The position numbers were made by a program, and so were the translations under genes. 64,000 nt of DNA from a virus (lineage: Duplodnaviria > Caudoviricetes). Shown piece after piece: positions 1 through 8,762 of this stretch. Below the pieces are notes generated by a model. It did no database searches. It worked only from the letters and a program-made list of their open reading frames with translations, and was not told the DNA's origin. Each line of letters begins with the position of its first letter. The stretch's first letter is position 1. The stretch covers positions 64,001 to 128,000 of the IMG/VR virus record IMGVR_UViG_3300032232_001415; one strand, 5' to 3'.

Positions 1-2
1 AC

Positions 3-422
3 GCATATGGAAATCCACCCTATTCTCTAGACGATAATCCTGAATGGATTTCAGATTCTGAAGAAGAGATTCTTGGATGCTCAATAACTTGTTCAAAAAT
101 AGATATGTATGATATCAGTATGACAAATACTACTTGTAAAGATTTCAAAAATGGCACAAATAGAGAAAATATTATACTTTGTGCAGAGATCGACAATATT
201 AGTGTGACAAAAACAAAGACTGGAAAAAATCCAGGACTTGAAATGGCATTCGTAACTATGGTTGATAGTTATGGAGTACTTGACTCGGTTGTATTTTTCC
301 CTGAGCAATATAGAACATACAGAAACATGCTTTTTGATAATAATGTTGTTATTATAAAAGGTAATAGGTCTAAAACCGGAGATTCTCTAATAGTGGAGAA
401 AGCGTATATTCCTAAATCTTGA
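3..422 (+). CDS. dnaE: DNA polymerase III alpha subunit (DnaE-like), C-terminal OB-fold part; 5'-truncated by the window
   Basis: The frame is open from base 3 (AYGNPPYSLDDNPEWISDSEEEILGCSIT...), so the ORF-track start at 105 is internal. 'E-E-ILG' followed by 'KTKTG..MAFVTMVDSYGVLDSVVFFPEQY...VIIKG' is the DnaE C-terminal OB-fold pattern. Next to ssb. Confidence 0.8.
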   Translation, partial: AYGNPPYSLDDNPEWISDSEEEILGCSITCSKIDMYDISMTNTTCKDFKNGTNRENIILCAEIDNISVTKTKTGKNPGLEMAFVTMVDSYGVLDSVVFFPEQYRTYRNMLFDNNVVIIKGNRSKTGDSLIVEKAYIPKS

Positions 423-447
423 CACTCGACTTATGGTGTGTTATCAT
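419..447 (+). promoter_or_regulatory. sigma70-type promoter for ssb
   Basis: TTGACA (419-424), 17-nt spacer, TATCAT (442-447), with extended -10 TG at 439-440. AGGAG RBS at 473-477, ATG at 486. Confidence 0.8.
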
Positions 448-485
448 AAGTTTGTAATTTGGTCCATAACTAAGGAGTTTATTCA

Positions 486-857
486 ATGAATATTAATATA
501 TTAAGAGGAAATTTAGCAAGAGATCCAGAAGTTAGAACTGTTAATACAGGTGGCAAGCAAACTACCGTAGTTAATTTTACAGTTGCTGTTTCTAGAGAAT
601 ACACAAAAGCCAATGGAGAGAAGGACAAGGTAACAACGTTTGTTCCTTGTGAAGCATGGGATACTGGAGCCGAGATTATCGCAGAATCATTTAAAAAGGG
701 CGATCTTGTTTTAGTAGAAGGATCTTTAAGAAATGATTCTTGGGAAAAGGATGGAGTAAAGCACAATACTCTCAAGGTTAGAGTAAATAACTTTTCAAAG
801 ATTACTAAACTCTCAAAGAAGAACAAAGTAGATCAAACCGAGCCAGTAGCGTTCTGA
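486..857 (+). CDS. ssb: single-stranded DNA-binding protein
   Basis: MNINILRGNLARDPEVR...FTVAVSR...FVPCEAW...KKGDLVLVEGSLRNDSWEKDG is a canonical SSB OB fold. Short tail ending in Phe; good RBS. Confidence 0.95.
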   Translation: MNINILRGNLARDPEVRTVNTGGKQTTVVNFTVAVSREYTKANGEKDKVTTFVPCEAWDTGAEIIAESFKKGDLVLVEGSLRNDSWEKDGVKHNTLKVRVNNFSKITKLSKKNKVDQTEPVAF

Positions 858-876
858 TATAAGGGGAACCAAGATT

Positions 877-908
877 AGGGGATATAAAAATCCCCTTTTC
901 TTGTGTTT
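877..908 (+). terminator. intrinsic terminator after ssb
   Basis: AGGGGAT-ATAAAA-ATCCCCT stem-loop (877-896) followed by TTTCTTGTGTTT. Confidence 0.7.
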
Positions 909-933
909 CTACATAAGCCAGTACAATAAACAT

Positions 934-2601
934 ATGATAAAAAAACTAAAAATATTAATGTGCTCAGAGGCTAGTTTTTTAAGTTCTGGTTTCGGAACTT
1001 ATGCTAAAGAAATTTTAAGCCGTCTACATAAAACTGGCAAATATGAAATAGCAGAATTTGCATCTTATGGAAAAACTAATGACCCTAAAGATATTGGTAT
1101 AGATTGGAAATATTATGCCAATGCTGTTGATGACAAAGACCCTAGGCATCAAGAATACTCATCGTCTGCAGAAAATCAATTTGGTAGATGGAGATTTGAG
1201 AGGGTTCTATTAGATTTTAAGCCAGACATAGTTTTTGACGTTAGAGACTATTGGATGAGTTCATATCAACAATTTTCTCCATTAAGACCATTTTTCCACT
1301 GGGTCCTTATGCCAACCGTCGATTCCGAACCACAGCAAGAGGATTGGATAGATACTTTTTTACATGCAGATGCCATATTCACCTATTCTGATTTTGGAAG
1401 AGATACTCTTATAAAGCAATCTAATAATCGTATAAATTATATAGATACAACATCTCCAGGTGTTGATCTTAATACATTTATTCCGATGGATAAGAAAAGC
1501 ATAAAACAAAGCTTTAATCTAGATCCAGATATGTTTATTATTGGATCTATTATGAGAAATCAAAAGCGTAAGTTAATACCAGACCTGTTCTATTCTGTAA
1601 AAAAACTATTAGAAAAATGCGAAAAAGAAGGAAATCATAAATTAGGTAAAAATATATATCTATATTTACACACTAGTTATCCTGATGCTGGTTGGGATAT
1701 CCCTCAATTATTGAAAGAATATAAGATAGGCAATAGGGTTCTGTTTACATATACATGTAAAAATTGTGGACATTATTATCCATCATTATTTCAACATCCT
1801 GTGGCACACTGTCAAAGATGCGGACAAAAAAGTTGTTCTATGCCAAACGTAAGTGCCGGCATACCAGCAAATGATCTTGCACGAATTATTAATCTATTCG
1901 ATATCTACGCACAATATGCGATATGCGAAGGTTTTGGAATGCCACAAGTTGAAGCCGCATCTTGTGGAATTCCGATAGCATCTGTAGACTATAGTGCAAT
2001 GAGTGACGTTGTTAGAAAAGTCAATGGATACCCAATTAAGGTTGGTCAATATTTTAAAGAACTAGAAACTAAAGCTATCAGAGTATTTCCAGATAATGAA
2101 GATTTTATTAACATAGTTGAAAATTTTTATAATCTTCCAGATTTTCTTAAAAAACAAAAGTCTTCTGAGACTAGATTATTAACTGAAAAATATTATAATT
2201 GGGATAATATTGCTAAAAAATGGGAAAACTATTTTGATAATATAAAGCTAACAGGATTGCAAGGAAGATGGGACGTAGAAATTCCGCAGATGCCGGAAAT
2301 AACAGAGTTACCAAAAGATCTATCTAATCCCTATGATCTAATTACTAATCTCATATCAAAACATTTGCCAAATCATCACATGGCATCATCAATTTTGTCT
2401 TTAAATATGATAAGAGATCTTACTTATGGATTTGTTGTTAATGGATATCAAACAGAAGGCTATAATATAAATAGAGCTGTTGATACTTTAAATACTATAA
2501 TAAAAAATCATAATATTGCTCAAATAGGAAAATCAAATCATGATAAATTATCAAAAGAAGATTTTATCGATTATGCACATATGAAGGATAGCTTAAAATG
2601 A
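934..2601 (+). CDS. GT-B (GT4-like) glycosyltransferase with internal Zn-ribbon
   Basis: N-terminal 'KILMCSEASFLSSGFG', 'RNQKRK', and the GT4 EX7E motif 'EGFGMPQVEAASCG'. CKNC...CQRC insert at 1756-1821. ATG 934 preferred because the track's TTG 901 lies in the terminator U-tract. Confidence 0.85.
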   Translation: MIKKLKILMCSEASFLSSGFGTYAKEILSRLHKTGKYEIAEFASYGKTNDPKDIGIDWKYYANAVDDKDPRHQEYSSSAENQFGRWRFERVLLDFKPDIVFDVRDYWMSSYQQFSPLRPFFHWVLMPTVDSEPQQEDWIDTFLHADAIFTYSDFGRDTLIKQSNNRINYIDTTSPGVDLNTFIPMDKKSIKQSFNLDPDMFIIGSIMRNQKRKLIPDLFYSVKKLLEKCEKEGNHKLGKNIYLYLHTSYPDAGWDIPQLLKEYKIGNRVLFTYTCKNCGHYYPSLFQHPVAHCQRCGQKSCSMPNVSAGIPANDLARIINLFDIYAQYAICEGFGMPQVEAASCGIPIASVDYSAMSDVVRKVNGYPIKVGQYFKELETKAIRVFPDNEDFINIVENFYNLPDFLKKQKSSETRLLTEKYYNWDNIAKKWENYFDNIKLTGLQGRWDVEIPQMPEITELPKDLSNPYDLITNLISKHLPNHHMASSILSLNMIRDLTYGFVVNGYQTEGYNINRAVDTLNTIIKNHNIAQIGKSNHDKLSKEDFIDYAHMKDSLK

Positions 2602-3719
2602 ATATTTTATACATTGGACCATACAGGCAAAAAGATAGTATGGGACTAACATCGAGAAATCATCTCAAAACTATAGCAAAAAAATATAGCAATATTACTG
2701 TTAGACCGGTATATTTTAAAAAACATGATCCATTTTTTAATGATCAACAAATTTTATCTTTAGAAGATAGCGAATACGAAAATTATGATGTTGTAATACA
2801 ACATAGTATTCCAGGATATTTATTTAGAAATAAGTCCTATTCTAAAAATATAGGATTAATCTCCGTAGAGTCTCATAATCTTAATGATTCTAGTATTATA
2901 TCCAATATTAATACTATGGATGAAATATGGGTATCAACAGATTATGAAAAAAATATACTTATTAAATCTGGAGTTAATAAAAATATAAAAATTATACCTC
3001 CATCTCTAGATATTGATCTGATACAATCCTTTAAGGATCACAAAATACCTTTAAATCCTATTATAGACAGAATGTTTAAATTTTATTTTATTGGAGATTA
3101 TTTAGAAAGAAAAAATCTAACAGATCTAATAGTAGCATTTAATTTAGCATTTGACTATAACGATCAGGTCTGTCTTATTATAAAAACTAATATCGATGAT
3201 ATTAATCCACAAGAAACTAAAAAGAAAATAGAACAAGATATTGTAAACATAAAAAAGAAATTAAGAATTGGTAATAAATATAAACAAGAAATTATAATTA
3301 CTGAAAATATATCATATAAGGATAAAATTGGATTACATAACACATGTGACTGTTTTATAGCCCCATCATATGGAGAATCATTTTGTAAATCCGTTGCCGA
3401 AGCTGTGGTACTGGGGAAAACTCCAATTTTTAATAATAATACAGCAATGAGGGAATATGTTGATGAATCTTCAGGATTTCCCCTGAAGAGTCATAAGATT
3501 CCAGTACTTGTCGATAATGTGGATATAAAAGATTTTGATACCCTTACAGCTAATGAGTATTGGTACAGAATAGACATTTATGATTTAATTGAGAAGATGC
3601 AAGAAGTATATAAAATGCATAAATCAAAAAATGATAAACTAATTAAAAAAATTGAACAAGGCAAACTAAATTCTAACACTTTTTCATTTGAAGAAACTGG
3701 TAAAAAAATATGCATTTAG
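2598..3719 (+). CDS. GT-B (GT4-like) glycosyltransferase
   Basis: 'MNILYIGPY', 'DEIWVS', 'ERKNLTDLI', 'GESFCKSVAEAVVLGK' (EX7E). ATGA overlap with the upstream gene. Confidence 0.85.
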   Translation: MNILYIGPYRQKDSMGLTSRNHLKTIAKKYSNITVRPVYFKKHDPFFNDQQILSLEDSEYENYDVVIQHSIPGYLFRNKSYSKNIGLISVESHNLNDSSIISNINTMDEIWVSTDYEKNILIKSGVNKNIKIIPPSLDIDLIQSFKDHKIPLNPIIDRMFKFYFIGDYLERKNLTDLIVAFNLAFDYNDQVCLIIKTNIDDINPQETKKKIEQDIVNIKKKLRIGNKYKQEIIITENISYKDKIGLHNTCDCFIAPSYGESFCKSVAEAVVLGKTPIFNNNTAMREYVDESSGFPLKSHKIPVLVDNVDIKDFDTLTANEYWYRIDIYDLIEKMQEVYKMHKSKNDKLIKKIEQGKLNSNTFSFEETGKKICI

Positions 3720-4630
3720 GAACAAGTGTAGCTAATATTTTAAATAAATTCAATAATCAACCCATTAATATATTGTATAATCCACAATATAATATGTTTG
3801 ACATGCTCTTAGGGTTGGTCAGCGATAATATATACGTTGTTGATGATAGAATATCCACACTAAATAATAATTCAATTAAAGTATTAAAAAATAATCAAAT
3901 TGATTTATTTTCATACAATGTTGGTATAACGAATAGTATATTTCAATATACGTCAAATAAGTATTTTAATAATCTTCATATTAATGGAATTATACTAACA
4001 CATTCTAATAAACCCAATCAGATAAAAAAAGAAGATTCATTGCTCATGAATCAGAATCTAGAAAAAGAATATAAGATATTTTTTACACAAAAGATAGCTT
4101 CTTCATGGAGATTATCTAATAGCATAGTTGTACCTTATGGGATTCCACTGAACTTATTTAATATTGATGCAAATATAAATAGAAAACCAAATACTGTTCT
4201 TATAATAAATTATGAAAGAATGCCTAATATTAATGCCTTAAAACAATTATTAGAGACCAATGGGATAAAAGTGGATATCTCATCAGAGATTAATTTTAAT
4301 CCTAAGGATGTAAAAAAACTATTCAATCAATATAAAGTATGTATAGATATTAGTGAACATAATATTAGTAATTTATTATGCTCCATAGCTTGTGGATGTA
4401 ATGCTATAACCTATGCGACACCTATGATAATGGAGAATTTTGCTAATACACCAAATCTTTATACTGCAAAATCAGTTGAAGATTTAATAAATGTTATCAA
4501 GAAAATCTTTGAAAAAGAAACAATAAATGATTTTACTGAATATTTTGATAAAAACTATAATTTTGAATTAATGAAAGATAAATTATCAACACTTATTAAG
4601 AAATGTAATCAAGAGGCATTTGTATTATGA
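3710..4630 (+). CDS. divergent glycosyltransferase-like protein (GT-B C-terminal-like)
   Basis: 'VVPYGIPLNLF' and 'LFNQYKVCIDIS...LLCSIACGCNAIT' resemble the GT-B C-domain, but the usual Glu of LLEAMACG is missing. Confidence 0.55.
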   Translation: MHLGTSVANILNKFNNQPINILYNPQYNMFDMLLGLVSDNIYVVDDRISTLNNNSIKVLKNNQIDLFSYNVGITNSIFQYTSNKYFNNLHINGIILTHSNKPNQIKKEDSLLMNQNLEKEYKIFFTQKIASSWRLSNSIVVPYGIPLNLFNIDANINRKPNTVLIINYERMPNINALKQLLETNGIKVDISSEINFNPKDVKKLFNQYKVCIDISEHNISNLLCSIACGCNAITYATPMIMENFANTPNLYTAKSVEDLINVIKKIFEKETINDFTEYFDKNYNFELMKDKLSTLIKKCNQEAFVL

Positions 4631-5046
4631 ATAATATTAAGATCAATATCATGCATGATCATCATGGAGAAGAGATTGATGGTTTTACAAACATACCACA
4701 TGATCAAATAACAAATGTTATTAATGGCACTATTAATGAAATAATTTGTAGTACTCTGGATTATTGTGAATATCAAGATAGAATCAATCTAATAATTACT
4801 CTTTGTAAAAAAATCGCAAATAATGGGACGATAACTTTCAAATTTATTAATGGAACAAAATTACTTAAAGATGCTATCAAAGGCAATTCAAATAGTCAAT
4901 ATCTGTCAAAAATTATCAAAGAGTCAAAATCATTATTTTTGGAATCGGATGTGTTAGAGATAGTATCTCAAATTAATACAGTACAAATACTTAAACAGTT
5001 TAATAGCAATGAATACTCCGTATTAGTTCTTCAAAAGAAACTATGA
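4627..5046 (+). CDS. hypothetical protein, possibly degenerate methyltransferase-like fold
   Basis: ATGA-coupled ORF. 'EIICSTLDY...LCKKIANNGTITF' loosely echoes SAM-MTase motifs. Confidence 0.45.
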   Translation: MNNIKINIMHDHHGEEIDGFTNIPHDQITNVINGTINEIICSTLDYCEYQDRINLIITLCKKIANNGTITFKFINGTKLLKDAIKGNSNSQYLSKIIKESKSLFLESDVLEIVSQINTVQILKQFNSNEYSVLVLQKKL

Positions 5047-5726
5047 AAAAACTAGCTTGTTTTATACTATCCTACGACATAACAAAAGGAATGAAATCAA
5101 TAGGCCCAAAAGCACTATTGAAATCCAAAAAATCAAAAGAACTAATAAATTGTCAAATATCTAGTATTAAAGATAAAAATATAGATATAAATATAATTCT
5201 TGGATTTGGTTCTGAAAAAATTAAGAAAAAAGTAGATCACAATGTTAACTTTATTGATAATCTATTATATGAATCTACTAATCAAGCTTATGCTTTAGAA
5301 CTCATTATGGATAACTATGATTATGAAATTTATGATGGATGTATTATTATTAATAATGGTATACTATTCCATTATGACATAAAAAATATTTTACTACAAG
5401 ATAAAAATATATCGAAGATTTTTTATATGCAAAATTCAAAAAAAAATGAGTTTTCCATAGGTGTTACGATTCACAACGATAATGCATCACATATGTTTTT
5501 TAATTTAGATCATAATTCTTGGTGTGAAATAATATATCTTAATAATGAAACTATGAACTACTACAAAAATACATATATAAAAGAAATGAGAAATATGTTT
5601 TTATTTGAATTATTCAATAAGTCTATTGATGATGGAAATACTTTCAAAGCAGTTAAAATTAATAAAAATAAATTAATAAAAATTTCTTCAATAAAGGATT
5701 CTGAAAAGATAAAAAACATTTTATGA
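5043..5726 (+). CDS. nucleotidyltransferase-like protein (GT-A / NTP_transferase, LicC/GlmU-like), divergent
   Basis: 'ILSYDITKGMKSIGPKALLK', 'IILGFGSEKIK', 'NLLYESTNQAYAL', 'IIINNGILF' parallel the sugar/choline-phosphate nucleotidyltransferase pattern. The LAAG and GD motifs are altered. Confidence 0.6.
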   Translation: MKKLACFILSYDITKGMKSIGPKALLKSKKSKELINCQISSIKDKNIDINIILGFGSEKIKKKVDHNVNFIDNLLYESTNQAYALELIMDNYDYEIYDGCIIINNGILFHYDIKNILLQDKNISKIFYMQNSKKNEFSIGVTIHNDNASHMFFNLDHNSWCEIIYLNNETMNYYKNTYIKEMRNMFLFELFNKSIDDGNTFKAVKINKNKLIKISSIKDSEKIKNIL

Positions 5727-6478
5727 AAATATTAATACATAAAGCAGATCAAAAACTGTATCTCCCTATCATCTCTGTTATTGCTGAAGACAAAAGTAAT
5801 ATTGTTATGACAGGATCATTACACGGCAACGCATTTGATACTTTTAATCAAGTTATGCCGGATATGGTCATATTACCGATATACGAATATACTCAAGAGC
5901 TACATGAACTTGTAAACGCTTTTAAAGATAAAAGTAGATTCGCACTATTTATGGGTGATATTAACAATGACAGCTTAATTGACTATTATAATAAAAATAA
6001 TATTATGATAATATCAAAAGAATCTAAGAAACAACTTAAATTGCCAAATCATATAACATATGACTATCTTTATGATTCCAATTTATTTTCCAATAAAAAT
6101 TTGCAAAGAAATGATAAGTTATTAGTTATTCTATCATCAAATAATGATACTAACCACAAAAAATTAGACAATTTACTTTATCCACACACAAAATCAAAAC
6201 TATGCTTAATCAATAATCCAGACTTTGAACATGCTCAGAATATTGGTCTAGCCAATGAACTAGACATATCTCATCTGATGAATACATACGGGTCATTAAT
6301 AGATATTGATAATAATTATATAGTTGAAGCAAAAGTTTGTGGTATCAAAAACATTGAATTAGAAGATTCTGTACCAATTGGCGAATCAAAAGAAAAGACT
6401 CTAGATATAGACGTTAATAAATGCGATACAAAATATTTTGTGCAAAATAAATTATTACCAATAATACAAGGGAAATAA
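5723..6478 (+). CDS. hypothetical protein, glycosyltransferase-like
   Basis: ATGA-coupled. 'DTFNQVMPDMVIL' and 'YIVEAKVCGIK' resemble degenerate GT-B motifs. Confidence 0.45.
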   Translation: MKILIHKADQKLYLPIISVIAEDKSNIVMTGSLHGNAFDTFNQVMPDMVILPIYEYTQELHELVNAFKDKSRFALFMGDINNDSLIDYYNKNNIMIISKESKKQLKLPNHITYDYLYDSNLFSNKNLQRNDKLLVILSSNNDTNHKKLDNLLYPHTKSKLCLINNPDFEHAQNIGLANELDISHLMNTYGSLIDIDNNYIVEAKVCGIKNIELEDSVPIGESKEKTLDIDVNKCDTKYFVQNKLLPIIQGK

Positions 6479-6479
6479 A

Positions 6480-6944
6480 ATGGATATAGGATTTTATGCT
6501 ATAGATATGGATTATTCTGAAAAAAATAATGATATCGTTAAAGCAATGAATGATATTGTTGAAAATGATATTTATAGCAATGTTATATTATTCAATAATA
6601 CATACAATAGAGCAGATGGTAATAAGAAATTTCCTATCATAAATTTTAATCAAGCAAAATATTTTAAAGGAATATTAATTAGTTTTGACTTAAGAAGCGC
6701 TGCTATAACAAGAACTTTTCCTAGTCCGATAAAACAATTTTTTGTTGTTGATGAGTTGCCATGGATAAATAATACTAAAGCTCCAGTATCATTTTGGAAT
6801 AGCATATATAATAATCAATATATAGATCTGATAGTAAATAATCAAGAAAATTTTGATCTATTAGAAATATGTTGGAAAAAACCAGTTAAAGTCCTGGAAA
6901 AAATAGAAGCGAAAGGTATTTTAGATGTTATTAAAACATTATAA
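6480..6944 (+). CDS. hypothetical protein in the GT operon
   Basis: 154-aa ORF starting 1 nt after the previous stop; no clear motif. Confidence 0.6.
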   Translation: MDIGFYAIDMDYSEKNNDIVKAMNDIVENDIYSNVILFNNTYNRADGNKKFPIINFNQAKYFKGILISFDLRSAAITRTFPSPIKQFFVVDELPWINNTKAPVSFWNSIYNNQYIDLIVNNQENFDLLEICWKKPVKVLEKIEAKGILDVIKTL

Positions 6945-7719
6945 AGATTTGTCTGATACTGAAAAAAAGAACATACTGAATGATAAGTATGTTGCAAAAA
7001 AAATGAGTTTTGCAGATATAGCGTCGGAGTATAAAACATATGCTAATAAAATCAGAAGAGATGCTGTGAAATTTGGAATAAAAATTAGAGATAAAAGTGA
7101 AGCTCAATCAAATGCTTTAAAAAGCGGCAAGCATTGTCATCCAACAAAAGGTAAACAGCGAACCGATGATGTTAAAGAAAAAATTGGTATATCTGTTATG
7201 AAAAACTGGGAAGATTTAACAGACGCTGAGCTTGATCAAAGAAAAAAGAAAAGTAAGTTAGCATGGGAAAATTTAAGCGATGAACAAAAAGAAAATATCA
7301 CATCAGCAGCAAATAAGGCTGTTAGAGTAAGTAGTAAAGTAGGATCAAAACTAGAAAAGTTCATATTGAAAAAACTGCTACAAGATGGATTTGTGGTAGA
7401 GTTTCACAAAGAGCAGATTCTATCAAATACAAAGTTGCAAATTGATCTGTTTCTGCCTACAATGAATGTGGCGATTGAGATTGATGGACCATCACACTTT
7501 CTTCCGGTTTGGGGAGATGATGCTCTAAAGAGAAATCAAAAATATGATCAGAAAAAAACAGGACTGTTACTAGGCAAAGGACTATCCTTAATAAGAGTAA
7601 AACAACAACACGATTATTCGAATGCTAGGGCATTATTAGTTTATAATAAACTAAAAATAGCAATAGATATAATTAAGGACAACACAAATACAACAATCGA
7701 AATAGAGGATTCATTATGA
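6925..7719 (+). CDS. Vsr/DUF559-like endonuclease with N-terminal HTH/NUMOD3-like region (putative homing endonuclease)
   Basis: C-terminal 'SKLEKFI...QIDLFLP..VAIEIDGPSHF...DQKKT..LLGKGLSLIRV'. N-terminal 'MSFADIASEY' HTH-like and 'KGKQRTDDVKEKIG' NUMOD3-like. Confidence 0.7.
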   Translation: MLLKHYKDLSDTEKKNILNDKYVAKKMSFADIASEYKTYANKIRRDAVKFGIKIRDKSEAQSNALKSGKHCHPTKGKQRTDDVKEKIGISVMKNWEDLTDAELDQRKKKSKLAWENLSDEQKENITSAANKAVRVSSKVGSKLEKFILKKLLQDGFVVEFHKEQILSNTKLQIDLFLPTMNVAIEIDGPSHFLPVWGDDALKRNQKYDQKKTGLLLGKGLSLIRVKQQHDYSNARALLVYNKLKIAIDIIKDNTNTTIEIEDSL

Positions 7720-8429
7720 GTAAGGAAAAAGAAATAAAAGTGGTCAAAGAAGAAAAAAGTAAAATCCCATCAATAAATGATCTTGAATGGACAGATCATG
7801 TGCTAGAATTGCTATCTGATGATGAAAAAATTAATGGTAATCCTACAACAGATGGTTTAAGGAGAGTATTCGAAATAGCATTAAATTGCACAGTTATTGG
7901 CTCAGAATCTAGCGTGATTCAATCTCCATCTCCTGACAACGAAAAAAGAGCCACGGTAGTTCATTGTATATCCTTTGTTATAAATAATGAGTCTCAGGAC
8001 GATGCAATTAAATACAGGTCTGTCAGCGGCGCTGCGGACGTTTATTGGGGAAATTGTGACAAGATATATAGAAACCACCCAGTGGCCGTGGCAGAAACAA
8101 GAGCAGAAGGAAGAGCACTCAGGAGAGCACTAAAGTTAAGAAAAGTGGTTGCTGCTGAAGAATTGGCCAAAGAAATAGAAGATGATCCAGATAGGGGAAA
8201 TGTATCAAAAATTAGCAGTAATCAGATCAATTTTATTGATGTGATGTCTAAAAGACTAAATATAAGCGTGGTTGAATTAATGAATTCTCTTGCTATTGTG
8301 AACGACAACATTCATAATATATCTCACGATGACGCTGTGACAGTTATTAAAGAGCTATCACAGCATCAGCAAAAAACCACAGAAATTCCCCAAGATCTCA
8401 TTGGGTATCAACCAACATGGAAAGAGTAG
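7716..8429 (+). CDS. putative Rad52/Sak-like single-strand annealing recombinase
   Basis: 'HPVAVAETRAEGRALRRAL' helix and the C-terminal 'ISSNQINFI' module are typical of phage annealing proteins. Replication context. Confidence 0.5.
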   Translation: MSKEKEIKVVKEEKSKIPSINDLEWTDHVLELLSDDEKINGNPTTDGLRRVFEIALNCTVIGSESSVIQSPSPDNEKRATVVHCISFVINNESQDDAIKYRSVSGAADVYWGNCDKIYRNHPVAVAETRAEGRALRRALKLRKVVAAEELAKEIEDDPDRGNVSKISSNQINFIDVMSKRLNISVVELMNSLAIVNDNIHNISHDDAVTVIKELSQHQQKTTEIPQDLIGYQPTWKE

Positions 8430-8435
8430 GATAAC

Positions 8436-8762
8436 ATGAAACTCAGATACAAACCAAACAACAAGCTAGAATTCGAATTAGAGGGTGCTGGACAAAAAGA
8501 AATTTTCAAAGAATTAGCTGCTGTTCAAGAAATCTTCGGAGAAGAAAAGTGTGGCATTTGTAGCAGCACAAATATAAAATTCGTAGTAAGAAATGTTGAT
8601 GGAAATGATTTTTATGAGATGAGATGCATGGATTGTGGCGCAATATTGGCTTTTGGACAACATAAGAAGGGTGGTACTCTTTTCCCCAAAAGAAAAGATG
8701 ACAATAACAATTGGTTACCACATAATGGTTGGCATAAATGGCAAAAAACAAACGAAGCGTAA
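8436..8762 (+). CDS. Zn-ribbon protein
   Basis: CGIC-x20-CMDC; AGGA RBS upstream. Confidence 0.7.
   Translation: MKLRYKPNNKLEFELEGAGQKEIFKELAAVQEIFGEEKCGICSSTNIKFVVRNVDGNDFYEMRCMDCGAILAFGQHKKGGTLFPKRKDDNNNWLPHNGWHKWQKTNEA

Noticed and set aside
93-826. - strand ORFs 93-308 and 479-826 (also 6842-7039 and 8506-8769)
   Set aside because: Antisense to well-supported dnaE, ssb and other + strand genes.
901-933. TTG start at 901 for the first glycosyltransferase
   Set aside because: It lies in the terminator U-tract; ATG 934 gives the typical 'KKLKILM' GT-B N-terminus.
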